In this document: piece by piece, positions 21,996 to 32,182 of the stretch
Numbering within the stretch: the stretch's first letter is position 1
How the letters are laid out: every line of letters begins with the position of its first letter
DNA from: an uncultured Chloroflexia bacterium
GTDB lineage: Bacteria; Chloroflexota; Anaerolineae; CG2-30-64-16
Length of the DNA: 64,000 bases
NCBI GenBank assembly: GCA_963810095.1
Contig: CAWEMM010000006.1
Coordinates: 160,001 to 224,000, forward strand
Reading direction: 5' to 3'
Position numbers and translations under genes: made by a program
Notes under the pieces: model-generated
Seen by the model: only the letters and a program-made list of their open reading frames with translations
Databases searched by the model: none
Told to the model about the DNA's origin: nothing

Positions 21996-23816
21996 ATGAC
22001 CACTAGCACCGCATCCTCGCCGGGCGATCGCCGCTTGGGCGACGTTCCACTGCCCAACCGGGCGATGCTGACCGGCTACGCGCGGCTCCTACGCTTCGTG
22101 CGCCCGTACTGGCGCCAGCTTGCGTTGGCGGGCGTGATCCTGGTGCTGAACAGCCTGGCCAGCCTGGCGCTCCCACTCGTCATCCGCAGCGTCATCGACA
22201 GCGCGCTGGTCCAGGGCAACCTCCGCCTGCTCAACTTCGTCACCGTGCTGCTCCTGGTCCTCTTCGCGGTGCAGGCCGTGCTCGGCTTCGGCCAGTCGTA
22301 CCTGCTGGGCTGGACCGGCGAGCGGGTGGTGACTAACCTGCGCGAAGAGTTGTACGGCCACCTCCAGACTATGCCGCTGCGCTTCTTTGCGAACGCCCGC
22401 ATCGGCGAGCTGCTCTCCCGCTTGACCAACGACGTAACGACGATCCAGACCGCGGTCACCGACACGCTGCTGTCGCTGCTCTCGAACACGGTCATGCTGG
22501 TGGGCGGCATCATCATCATGTTTGTCATGGCCTGGCGACTGACCGTCGTCATGTTGGCCGTGGTGCCACTCGCGGTGATCGGCATGATCTTCCTCGGCCG
22601 CATCGTGCGGCGGCTGAGCAAGCAGGTGCAGGAGGCGCTGGCAGAATCCAGCGCGACTGCCGAGGAAGCCCTGGCCGGGGTTCGGATCGTCAAATCGTTC
22701 GCGCGCGAGCCCTACGAGATCGATCGCTACGGCGCCGCAGTGGAGAAGCTCTTCAAGATCTCCATCGCCCGTGTGCGGCTGGGCGCTATCCTCGGGCCTA
22801 TCATCGGGTTCATCGCCTTCAGCGCGATTGCTCTGGTGCTCTATGTCGGGAGCCGGGAAGTGATCGCCGGGCGGGTGACGCCGGGCCAGCTCGTCGCCTT
22901 CCTGATCTATACCATCATGGTCGCCTCGCCGATGGCCAGCTTCACCGGGCTGTACAGCCAGCTTCAGCGTGCGCTGGGTGCGAGCGAGCGTGTCTTCGAA
23001 CTGTTGGAGTCGCCGCCCGAGATGCAGGACGTGGCCGGCGCCGTGGAGCTGCCGCCCGTGCGCGGAGAAGTCTGCTTCGACCGCGTGACGTTTGACTATG
23101 CCGACGCCACGGAGCCGCGCGAGGTGTTGCGCGAGGTCAATCTTGCCGTGGCGCCGGGCCAGGTGATTGCGCTGGTCGGTCCCAGCGGCGCGGGGAAGAC
23201 GACGCTCGTGCACCTGATCCCGCGGTTCTATGACGTGACCGAGGGGCAAATCACCGTCGACGGCTACGATGTGCGCGGGGTGACGATGCGTAGCCTGCGC
23301 GAGCAGGTCGGGATCGTTCCGCAGGAGACCGCCCTGTTCAGCGGCAGCGTGGGCGACAACATCCGGTATGGGAAGCTCGAAGCCACGCAGCACGAGCTGG
23401 AAGCGGCGGCGCGGGCGGCCAATGCGCACGACTTCATCACCGCGCTCCCGCAGGGATATGACACCCTCGTGGGCGAACGGGGGGTGAAGCTGAGCGGCGG
23501 GCAGCGGCAGCGGGTGGCCATCGCGCGGGCCCTGCTGAAGGACCCGCGCATCCTGATCCTCGACGAAGCAACCTCTGCCCTCGACAGCGAGTCAGAACAG
23601 GCCGTGCAGGAGGCGCTCGAGCGGTTCATGCGCGACCGGACGACCTTCGTCATCGCACACCGCCTGAGCACCATCACCAATGCCGACTGGATTGTTGTGC
23701 TGGACGGCGGCCGGGTGGCCGAGCAAGGGACCCACGAGGCCCTGCTGGCGCAGGAGGGCGGGCTGTACCGCCGGATGTACGCCCTGCAGTTCAAGCTTGA
23801 TGCAGAGACTGAATAA
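21996..23816 (+). CDS. ABC exporter, fused permease/ATPase (MsbA/Sav1866-like)
   Basis: Six-TM domain plus GPSGAGKT, LSGGQRQR and LILDEATSALD. Confidence 0.95.
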   Translation: MTTSTASSPGDRRLGDVPLPNRAMLTGYARLLRFVRPYWRQLALAGVILVLNSLASLALPLVIRSVIDSALVQGNLRLLNFVTVLLLVLFAVQAVLGFGQSYLLGWTGERVVTNLREELYGHLQTMPLRFFANARIGELLSRLTNDVTTIQTAVTDTLLSLLSNTVMLVGGIIIMFVMAWRLTVVMLAVVPLAVIGMIFLGRIVRRLSKQVQEALAESSATAEEALAGVRIVKSFAREPYEIDRYGAAVEKLFKISIARVRLGAILGPIIGFIAFSAIALVLYVGSREVIAGRVTPGQLVAFLIYTIMVASPMASFTGLYSQLQRALGASERVFELLESPPEMQDVAGAVELPPVRGEVCFDRVTFDYADATEPREVLREVNLAVAPGQVIALVGPSGAGKTTLVHLIPRFYDVTEGQITVDGYDVRGVTMRSLREQVGIVPQETALFSGSVGDNIRYGKLEATQHELEAAARAANAHDFITALPQGYDTLVGERGVKLSGGQRQRVAIARALLKDPRILILDEATSALDSESEQAVQEALERFMRDRTTFVIAHRLSTITNADWIVVLDGGRVAEQGTHEALLAQEGGLYRRMYALQFKLDAETE

Positions 23817-23846
23817 CACGAAGTCACGGCGACACAAAGGGACTCA

Positions 23847-23880
23847 AGACACCTGGTTTCTGCGCAGAAACCAGGTGTCT
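23847..23880. repeat. Perfect 34-bp palindrome
   Basis: AGACACCTGGTTTCTGC|GCAGAAACCAGGTGTCT, preceded by a half RCACRAAG-type element that begins at the stop codon (23814). Confidence 0.85.
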
Positions 23881-23907
23881 CAGAGATTCCAGAAATGGGC
23901 TGGATGA

Positions 23908-25042
23908 ATGAGTTGGTCGGTCAAGATCGCAAGCGTTAGGGGCATCCCCATCCGGGTGCACGCGAGCTTCCTGTTGATCCTTCTGTGGGCCGCGTGGATC
24001 GGGCTGAGCGAGGCGCGCGGCGAGTCTGCGCTGGGCAACATCGGCTTCATGGTCCTCTTCACGCTCCTGCTGTTCGTCTGCGTGGTGCTCCATGAGCTGG
24101 GGCACAGCATCGTGGCGCAAAGCTTCGGCGTGAAGGTGCATGACATCACCCTCTGGCCCATCGGTGGGGTGGCACGGCTGGCCGGGATGCCGCGGCGTCC
24201 CTCCCACGAGTTCCTGATCAGCGCAGCGGGGCCCGCCGTCAACATCTTCCTCGCCGCGGTGCTGATCGCCGCGGCGCTTGCCTGGATCGGCCCGGCCCAG
24301 CTCGTGCAGCACGGTGGCCACGGGTCGGGGCGTCGTGCGGCTGCTCAGCGGGCAGAACGGGCAGAGCCTGGTCGTGCTGCTGGCACTGCAGAACATCCTC
24401 CTGGCACTCTTCAACCTGATCCCCGCGTTCCCGATGGACGGCGGCCGCCTGTTGCGCTCTTTCCTGGCCTTCTTCCTGTCATTTCGTTCGGCAACGCGCA
24501 CGGCCTCGTTTGTCGGCCAGGGGCTCGCACTGGTGCTGCTCGGCGTCGCGTTCATCCCACCCTTCAACTTCTTTCTCGCCCTTGTCGCGGCGTTTGTGTT
24601 TCTCGGCGCGTGGCAAGAGCGCAGCCAGGTTGTGGCGCTGGAGAACCTGGCCGGGCTGGTCGTGCGTGACGCGATGCAGCCCCTCGGCGTGCGGCTGGAC
24701 GCGGCTGAGCGCGTGCTGGACGCGGCGCGCCGGACGGCCGCCGCTTCGCAGTCCGCGTTTATCGTCGTCGACGGCGCGCGGCTCGCCGGCATCATGACAC
24801 GCAGCGCGCTGCTGGCCGCGGCCAAAAAGAGCAATGGGACGGCCACCGTCGGCCAGCACGTGCCCCAGGTGATCCCGCAAGTCGCGCCCGACGAGCCGCT
24901 GGTTAGCGCGCAGGAGCAGCTGCAGGCGCCGGGGGCGGCGGTGGTCGTCGAGCGGGGGGTCGTCGTCGGCCTGATCGCGCGCTCAGACATCCTGCGGGTA
25001 TCGGAGGCGCTCGAGGTCCTGGACGGCGCCAAGCGCAGGTAA
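23908..25042 (+). CDS. Site-2 (M50) zinc metalloprotease with C-terminal CBS pair; frameshift at ~24310
   Basis: HELGH, ISAAGPAVN and FNLIPAFPMDGGR, followed by a CBS-like C-terminus. Confidence 0.9.
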
Positions 25043-25160
25043 TGCGCGCCGCGGCCAACTGCCTCCAACGCAACACGACGGCAGAAAGCAGCTGCGAACG
25101 CGCGAGATCCTTCAGGGTCTTGCCGGCCGTGGCGTCGAGGCCGGATCACGAGGAGATGGG

Positions 25161-26877
25161 GTGGCGTCCTTCTTGGGGCAGCTTGGCGAACTCATCCGGA
25201 TGCTGTGGGCATGGGTCACCGCGCGTCCGTACCGTCCATGCCTGCCCTCCGAGCCGAACGACGATTGCGGAGAGACGCGGCGGTTCGTGATCGTCCAGGT
25301 GGACGGGTTGGCGCACGAATACCTGCTGCGCGCGATGGCCGCGGGGCACACCCCGAACATACAACGCATGGTCGCCCAGGGATACCGCCTCCAACGCTGG
25401 CGCTGTGGTGTGCCATCCTCTACCCCCGCCAGCCAGTCCGGCATCATGTATGGGAACAACTGGGACATCCCCGCGTTTCGCTGGTACGAAAAGGAGTCCG
25501 GGTTGGCCCCCCACTGCAAGTCGCCGGCATTCGCCGCCCGCATCAAAGAGTCGGTTTCGACGGGCCGGCGTGGCATCCTGGCCGGCGGCTCCTCCTACGG
25601 CAACCTCATCGATGGAGACGCGCGGCTCGCGCCTGTTCACCCTTTCTGCCATGGGCCGCCAACGGTTCTACGAAGGTCTGCGCGGCCTGGGGTGGGCGCT
25701 ATTGTTCGCCCTGATCCCGTGGCGCATCCTCCGCATCCTGGCGCTGATCGTCTGGGAGTTGTTGCGCGACGTGGGGCGCACGCTCTACCAATGGGTGCGC
25801 AGCGGGCTGCGCAAGCGACTCACACTCGTCAAGCCCGTGCTCCAGGTCTTCACGAATATCATCCTGGCCGAGGTCCAAATCTTCGGGGTGCTGCTCGACG
25901 TGTATCGGGGCATGCCCTCTGTCTACGTCAATTTCTACGGCTACGATGAAGTGGCGCACGGTGAAGGACCGCTGGGCCGTGAGGCGATGCGCGCGCTGCG
26001 GCGCATCGACGCCTACATCGGCCAGGTCGAGCGCATCCGGCGCATCTACCGGCCGGAGTCCGACCTGTACATCATCTCGGACCACGGTATGAGTCCCGCC
26101 GTCCCCATCGCTCGTATCGGCCCGAAAAAAAGCTTCGAACGATTTGTGACAGACTACATCGCCACTTCGGTCGCAACGGACGAGGCCCTTACCCACCCGA
26201 GCCCGAGCCGTGGGGCTGGCGCAGAACCGGGTGAATCGTTCCGGCGGCTGTTTTACGAGCTCGACGGCATCGAAGAAAGGCTGTCACCCCGCGGGAAGCG
26301 GCTAGCACTGGCGCTTCGCAAGCGACTGCTCGAACGGCTGCCGGAAGACCCCGAGTCGGGATACGACCTGGGCCGCGGCGCGGACGTGGTGGCACGGGTG
26401 TCGGGCAATGTTGCCCACCTGTACTTCAAGGTGAGCCGCGAACGGATGGACGTGAGCGAGATCGCCCTCCTGTATCCCGAGTTGCTGGATGCGCTCAATG
26501 ACCACCCCGGGATTGGCCTGCTCCTGGCGCTCGAGGACGGCCGGCCCGTGATCGTGACGCAGCGCGGGACCATGGGACTTGCAGAGGAAGCACTGCCGCC
26601 TGGCCTGTCCGAGCCTGCGCAGAGTCTACAGGATCTCGCGCGGTTGCTCAGCTTCCCCCATTGCGGCGATCTCGTCGCCATCGGCGCCTGGAACGCCCGG
26701 GGACGAGTGGTGACCTTCGAGGACCAGCTCGCGACCCACGGCGGCGTGGGTGGGCCGCAGGATTACCCCTTCCTGCTCGTCCCGCCCAACGCCACGCTCG
26801 ACGTGACGCACGTCACGCATTCGACACAGCTATACCCCTACTTCATCGACACCTACCACAAGGACGGGCGCGGATAG
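25161..26877 (+). CDS. Alkaline phosphatase superfamily / nucleotide pyrophosphatase-phosphodiesterase-like protein; frameshift at ~25631
   Basis: QVDGLAH, PSSTPASQ, GYDEVAH, ISDHGM and THGGVGG metal/nucleophile motifs. Confidence 0.85.
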
Positions 26878-26925
26878 ATTCGGGCCGTCAAGAAGGCCCC
26901 GACGGCGCGGGCGCGTTCCGCCGCC

Positions 26926-27024
26926 GTCACGAAGGTGGACGAAGGACGCGAAGCGGGAAAACACCAATCGCCTTCGCACTCTTTGTGCTTCGTACGCTTC
27001 GATAACCTTCGCGCTCTTCGTGTT
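26926..27024. repeat. Dispersed palindromic repeat (RCACRAAG/ACGAAG-unit family)
   Basis: CACGAAGGTGGACGAAGGACGCGAAG...CTTCGCACTCTTTGTGCTTCGTACG...CTTCGCGCTCTTCGTG. Confidence 0.6.
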
Positions 27025-27084
27025 CCAAGCGCTCCCCCCACGAGGCGAGAAACCCCGATTGTTTAGGTTCCTGTGACGAGCTAC

Positions 27085-27134
27085 TTGACAGCGCCGAGCC
27101 CTTGCGGTAGAACTACTTTGATGGGTATCGAATT
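27085..27134 (+). promoter_or_regulatory. Sigma70 promoter with a downstream imperfect palindrome (possible ArsR operator)
   Basis: TTGACA(27085)-17 bp-TAGAAC, then TTTGAT-GGGT-ATCGAA. Confidence 0.65.
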
Positions 27135-27152
27135 AGTTTTAGGAGGCATGGA

Positions 27153-27728
27153 ATGGTCGACGAAACGGTTATGCCCGAGTTGCTGGAGTTCTTCAAAGCG
27201 TTGGCCGAGCCGAAGCGGCTGCAGATCGTGGGGCTGCTGGCTCAAAAAGCGTACACGGGCGAACAGCTCGCGGCCCTGCTCGGCTTGAGCGAGGGCACCG
27301 TATCGCACCATCTCTCATACCTGGTGCACGCGGGGCTCGTCTCAGCCGAGGCTCAGGGATACTACAGCGTGTACACCCTGCGGCTGGATCGCATCCACGA
27401 AATCGCGGAACGCCTGTTGAACCGGGAGGAGTTGCCCAAGCTGGCGGCGGATGTGGACGTGGATGCCTACGACCGGAGGGTGCTGGAAACGTTCACAAAC
27501 GCGGAGGGACGCATCAAGCAGTTCCCGGCCCAGCGCAAAAAGTTCGAAGTGCTCGTGCGGTACGTACTCAAGGCGTTCGAGCCGGGGGTGCACTACACCG
27601 GGCACGAGGTGAACGAGATCCTGTCGCGCTTCAACGAGGACACCGCGTACCTGCGCCGGAGCCTGGTCGACATGAAGCTGATGGCGCGCGAGCCGGATGG
27701 CAGCGTGTATTGGCGGGTGGATGCCTAG
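27153..27728 (+). CDS. ArsR/SmtB-family transcription factor with C-terminal DUF2087
   Basis: FKALAEPKRLQI...TVSHHL; C-terminal FPAQRKK...EVNEIL...DTAYLRRSLVD...YW; SD AGGAGG. Confidence 0.9.
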   Translation: MVDETVMPELLEFFKALAEPKRLQIVGLLAQKAYTGEQLAALLGLSEGTVSHHLSYLVHAGLVSAEAQGYYSVYTLRLDRIHEIAERLLNREELPKLAADVDVDAYDRRVLETFTNAEGRIKQFPAQRKKFEVLVRYVLKAFEPGVHYTGHEVNEILSRFNEDTAYLRRSLVDMKLMAREPDGSVYWRVDA

Positions 27729-27743
27729 ACAAAACCCTTCTTT

Positions 27744-27812
27744 GCCACAAAAAACCAAAGACGCCAAGGTTCACGAAGGCTTCTGAGCCGTAGTGGGTCC
27801 TGGCGTCTTTGA
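27744..27812. repeat. Dispersed palindromic repeat (RCACRAAG-unit family)
   Basis: CCACAAAAAAACCAAAGACGCCAAGGTTCACGAAGG...CCTGGCGTCTTTG between convergent genes. Confidence 0.55.
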
Positions 27813-27831
27813 CTCTCCGGGGTTACGGGCC

Positions 27832-29604
27832 TTATCCCGGCACCACCTGCACCCGGGTCAGTTCCTGGCCCTCGGGGTCAAGGAGGTGGACGGCGCACGC
27901 CATGCACGGGTCGAAGGAGTGAATCGTCCGCAACACCTCGACCGGCTTCTCCGGGTCTCGCACCGGGGTGCCGATCAGGGCCTCTTCCCAGGCGCCTCGG
28001 TCGCCGTTCACCCCTCGGGGCGACCCGTTCCACGTGCTCGGCACGATCATCTGGTAGTTGTCGATCTTGCCGTTCGTGACCGTCAGCCAATGACCTAAGG
28101 CACCCCGCGGCGCCTCGGTGACCCCCCAACCACTCCAGGTCGCGGGCCACGTGGCCGGCTCCCACTTCGCCGCGTTGTGGATCGCCAGGTTCCCGTTGAG
28201 CATGTTGTACTCGAGTTGGCCCACCCAGTCATGCAGTTGCTCGGCGACCAGCTGCGTCTCGATGCCGCGTGCCGCGACCCGTCCCAAGGTCGAGAAGAGC
28301 GCGGCTGCCCCGACGCCCAGGGAGGCGAGCAGGTTGTCGATCAGCGCGCGGGCCCTGGTGTGGCCCGCTGCATAGGCCACGACCATACGCGCCAACGGCC
28401 CAACCTCCATCGGCGCGCCGCCATAACGGGGGGCCTTGAGCCACGAATACTTCTCGTACCCGCTGACCAGGTCCCATGGAGGCGTGGGCCCCGTGTAGTT
28501 GGGATTCGTAATGCCTTCGTGAGGGTGCTTGCCGGCCGCATTCCCTTCGGGATAGTCGTACCAGGAGTGGCTGATGTACTCCTGGATGAGGTTCTGGTCT
28601 ACGGGCTGGGGCGCGGAGCCCACATTCTTGTTCATCACGATGCCCTGGGGCAGCCAGAGGCTGGCAGAGCTGCCGGTGTTGTCCTGGGGGAAGTCGCCCA
28701 CCGACAGGAAGTTGCCGACGCCCCCGCCGAAGGTGGCCCACTCCGGATAGTACGAGGCGACCATCAACAGGTCGGGCAGGTACACCCGGGTCACGAAGTC
28801 ATACGCCTTCGCCGTGAGCTCCTTCAACTGGGCGATGCGGCCCTCATTGAGCGCAGCCGGGCTGGTTGGATGCACCGGCAAGGCCATGCCTCCGACGAGG
28901 TAGGTCTGCGGATGCGGGTTCTTGCCCCCGAGGATCGCGTGCATCTTGATGATCTCGCGCTGCCAGTCCAAGGCTTCGAGATAATGTGACACTGCCACCA
29001 GGTTCGCCTCGGGAGGGAGCTTGTAGGCGGGATGGCCCCAATAGGCATTCGCAAAAATGCCGAGCTGACCGCTGGACGCAAAGGTGCTGAGCCGCGATTT
29101 GACTGCGGCGAAGTACTCCGGGCTGCTATTGGGCCAGTCGGACAACGACTGCGCCAGGCGGCTGGCAGCAGCCGGGTCGGCCCCCAGCGCACTGACCAGG
29201 TCAACCCAATCGAGTGCGTGCAGGTGATAGAAGTGGATCGTGTGGTCCTGGATGAATTGAATCGCTTCCAGGATGTTGCGCACGAGCCGGGCGTTGTCGG
29301 GAACCGTGATGCCCAACCCGTTCTCCACCGCCCGCACGGAGGCGATGGCATGGACCGTGGTGCAGACGCCGCAGACGCGTTGGGCGAAGACCCAGGCGTC
29401 GCGCGGATCGCGGTTACGCATGATCGCCTCGAGGCCGCGGAACATCGGTCCCACGCTCCAGGCGTCGGTGACCCGCCCGTCCTTGATCTGCACCTCGATG
29501 CGCAAATGGCCTTCGATACGGGTGATAGGATCGATCGCCACCCTGACAGGGGCCGGCCCCGCACTGCCCGGGCCGCTGACCAACGGTAAGAATCCTTTAG
29601 GCAT
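27832..29604 (-). CDS. Group 1 [NiFe]-hydrogenase large subunit
   Basis: DPITRIEGH, L1 QRVCGVCTTVH, EAPRGALGHW and L2 SFDPCMACAVH followed by a cleavable C-terminal tail. Confidence 0.97.
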   Translation of the reverse strand: MPKGFLPLVSGPGSAGPAPVRVAIDPITRIEGHLRIEVQIKDGRVTDAWSVGPMFRGLEAIMRNRDPRDAWVFAQRVCGVCTTVHAIASVRAVENGLGITVPDNARLVRNILEAIQFIQDHTIHFYHLHALDWVDLVSALGADPAAASRLAQSLSDWPNSSPEYFAAVKSRLSTFASSGQLGIFANAYWGHPAYKLPPEANLVAVSHYLEALDWQREIIKMHAILGGKNPHPQTYLVGGMALPVHPTSPAALNEGRIAQLKELTAKAYDFVTRVYLPDLLMVASYYPEWATFGGGVGNFLSVGDFPQDNTGSSASLWLPQGIVMNKNVGSAPQPVDQNLIQEYISHSWYDYPEGNAAGKHPHEGITNPNYTGPTPPWDLVSGYEKYSWLKAPRYGGAPMEVGPLARMVVAYAAGHTRARALIDNLLASLGVGAAALFSTLGRVAARGIETQLVAEQLHDWVGQLEYNMLNGNLAIHNAAKWEPATWPATWSGWGVTEAPRGALGHWLTVTNGKIDNYQMIVPSTWNGSPRGVNGDRGAWEEALIGTPVRDPEKPVEVLRTIHSFDPCMACAVHLLDPEGQELTRVQVVPG

Positions 29605-29637
29605 ACTCTGCTTCCTTCATCTCAAAGCCGCGCGTGC

Positions 29638-30672
29638 TCACGCGGGCAGCGGTAGATGCTTGTAGAAGGGCGTCTCGGCGTCCCAGAAATTGACGCCCGT
29701 GCAGCCCACGCAGCCGTGGCCCGCACCGATGGGCCAGTTCGTGCCCTCGTTCCACTTCACGATGGCGCAGTTTGACTTCGTCTCCGGCCCCCGGCAGCCC
29801 ATCTTGTACAGGCACCAGCCGGCCTGGTGGTGCTCGTCGCCCCAGGCTTCCACAAACTCCCGCTTGTCATAGTGCTCGCGCCGCGGGCACGTGTCATGGA
29901 TCAGGTCGCCGTACGCAAACAGCGGACGGTCCTGGTCGTCAAGGTCCGGCAATTTGCCGTAAGTCAGGAGATACACGATCGCCGCAGTCAGGTTGACCAC
30001 GTTCATCGGGCAGCCCGGCAGGCTCAGGTGGTTCTTCAGGCCCGGCAGGATCTGCTTGACGCCGGCCGCGTTCGTCGGGTTGGGCGCTGCAGCAGCAATG
30101 CCGCCCCAACTCGAACAGGTGCCGGTCGTGATCACGATCCCGGCCTTGCTGCAGACCTCGGTGACAATCTGCTCGGCGGAACGGCCACCGATGACACAGT
30201 AGGGGCTTTGCGCGCCACGGGGGATCGAGCCCTCGATGACCACGATGTACTGGCCAGGGTATTGGGCGACCGTGTCCTCGAGCCCCTTCGTCGCCAGCTT
30301 ACCCGAAGGCACCATCAGCGTCTCATGATAGTTGACCGAAAGCGTCTCCAGCAGGATCTGCGACACGCTGGGGTTGAAGGCGTGCAGGAAGGACTCCGTG
30401 TCGCCCGTGCAGCCCTGGAACTCCAACCACACCAGGGGCGGGCGGGCTGCAGCGGCGGCGGCCGGTCTGACCAGCTGTGTGGCCGATGGCGCGCCGAGCG
30501 CCTTCAGATCAGCTGCGGAGAGGTTCTCCAAGCCGAGAGCCTGGGCGATGCGCGGGCCCTCGGTCGCAGGCAGTGCCAGGGTGGCTGTCATCAGGGCGCA
30601 GAACTTCAGAAAACCGCGGCGCGAGACGCCGCGTTGCTTGAGTCGTTGTTCGAGTGATTGTTGCTCGGACAT
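29638..30672 (-). CDS. [NiFe]-hydrogenase small subunit, Tat-exported, without C-terminal membrane anchor
   Basis: ATG 30672 after AGGAGG; Tat motif SRRGFLKFC; cluster motifs CTGD, GTCSSWGG, PGCP, HDTC, CLYKMGC and WPIGAGHGCVGC; ends FYKHLPLPA. Confidence 0.95.
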   Translation of the reverse strand: MSEQQSLEQRLKQRGVSRRGFLKFCALMTATLALPATEGPRIAQALGLENLSAADLKALGAPSATQLVRPAAAAAARPPLVWLEFQGCTGDTESFLHAFNPSVSQILLETLSVNYHETLMVPSGKLATKGLEDTVAQYPGQYIVVIEGSIPRGAQSPYCVIGGRSAEQIVTEVCSKAGIVITTGTCSSWGGIAAAAPNPTNAAGVKQILPGLKNHLSLPGCPMNVVNLTAAIVYLLTYGKLPDLDDQDRPLFAYGDLIHDTCPRREHYDKREFVEAWGDEHHQAGWCLYKMGCRGPETKSNCAIVKWNEGTNWPIGAGHGCVGCTGVNFWDAETPFYKHLPLPA

Positions 30673-30692
30673 AAGTAGCCTCCTACGGTCGA

Positions 30693-31701
30693 TCATTGCG
30701 TTCCGTGGTCGTCGTCCGTCGCGGTCGGCCGGGGTGTACGCGTCGGCGTCGCGCTCGGCGCGAGGCGTCCGGGTCGGGGTGAAGGTGGCAGTTGGCCGGC
30801 GCGTTTGTGTCGGGGTGGGCGTCTTCGTCGCGGCGCGGACCGACGTGGGGGTTGCCGTGACGGCAGACGAGCCGCCGTCGTCGTCCTCGCCCTTCGTCAG
30901 AATGCGGATGTAGGTTGCGTCGACCGTGCTGCCGGTGCCGCGCACGCCCAACACCCACACCTGCGAGTGCTCGCCCAGCAGGCCCGGCTGCTCCAGCCAG
31001 GTGATCGAAGTCACACGCACCGTCCGCCCGCTCACCTTCCAGTTGCCCTGGTAGTTCCCCGACTCGGGATAGTCCCCCACCTCCCCGAGGAACGCGAACC
31101 GGTTCACCGGGGCGGGCAAAGGCCAGGGCGTCGGCGTGGGCCGCGAGGCTCCCGGCGCGGTAGGGCTGGCTGTCGGCGCAGCGTTCGTCGCGGTCGGCGT
31201 GGCGGTCGGCCCCGGCTGAGTTGCCGTCGCGGTCGGCGTCCAGGTCGCCGTCGGTCCGGGCTGAGTCGGGCTTGGCGTCGGCGTATTGGTCGCCGTGGCC
31301 GCGATGGGCGTGTTGGTTCGGGTCGGGGTCGGCGTGTTCGTGACGGCTGCGGCCGGGAAGTCGTTGGGATCACCCGGGAACCTAATGGCGTTGATTTCGG
31401 CCAGATTGGTGAAGCCGTCCTTGTCCGAGTCAAGCTGTTCGATAGCCGTAAAGCTGTGGCCCGCATTCTTGTAGTCGGCGGCGTACGGGTTCAGCGCGTA
31501 ACCGCCGGACGGGTGGCACAGCAGACAGCTGTCGAGCTTGGTGCCGATGATGTTGGGATACTGGTTGTTGGCGGCTGAGAGGTAGCTGCTGTACGCGCTC
31601 ACCTGCTGCGCATTGACCAGCAGGCCGGCCAGGCCCGCAAGCAGCAGGAACGCGGCCAGATATAGCAGTCGCACCGCCAAGCGCTGGCTCTTAGGTCTCA
31701 T
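30693..31701 (-). CDS. Secreted monoheme cytochrome c / Ca-binding-motif / DUF5666-like protein with Pro-Thr linkers; frameshift at ~30760 falsely fuses it to the small subunit
   Basis: Sec-type signal, CLLCH, LNPYAADY, DSDKDGFTNLAEI...PGDP, PT-rich linker and WKVSGRTVRVTSIT...VWVLG...ATYIRI. Removing one base restores TPRPSATPTRTPRPTATDDDHGTQ* with a stop at 30693. Confidence 0.8.
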
Positions 31702-32182
31702 AATGGATTCTTCCTGTCAGAGGGTGGCGAGGCAGAAGATGGGCGCCTCGACTTTCCGTTTGCTCCGCGTCTGGCAAGTCGTGTGAATGGACGGAGCTGT
31801 GTAACTTAAGTGCCAAACGGACGGAAACGTAAGAGGTTACGGAAGTACGATACAAAAATGACGAAATCTGTGGAGAGTTAAGAGTACTGACGAATGGATG
31901 GCACCGCCGTGCGCTCGACCTTGGGCTTCGGCATCGCTACGTAAGAAACAACCGAAGGTGACGGGTTTTGTTGAGTTGCGACAGATCGAAACTGGGCGTC
32001 TGCATGGTCAGGATCGGGAATCCAGCCCACCGTGCGCCACCGGCAAGCGGCCTAGTGTATACAACCACCGCACAAACTTAGTGCGTTCTCTGCACCAACT
32101 CAAGTGCAGTGACGAGCCAAGGTCGGGGTGCTACAGACACGAACGCTTGCCAGATGAAGCGGTCCGCCACTAAGGGGGAAAG

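Noticed and set aside
31130-31345. Short GTCGGCGT-type tandem repeats
   Set aside because: They are explained by the Pro/Thr linker codons of the secreted heme protein.
29638-31701. 687-aa cytochrome-hydrogenase small subunit fusion in the ORF track
   Set aside because: One inserted base at ~30760 breaks the PT-repeat frame. The corrected frame stops at 30693, and the small subunit has its own AGGAGG, ATG and Tat signal.
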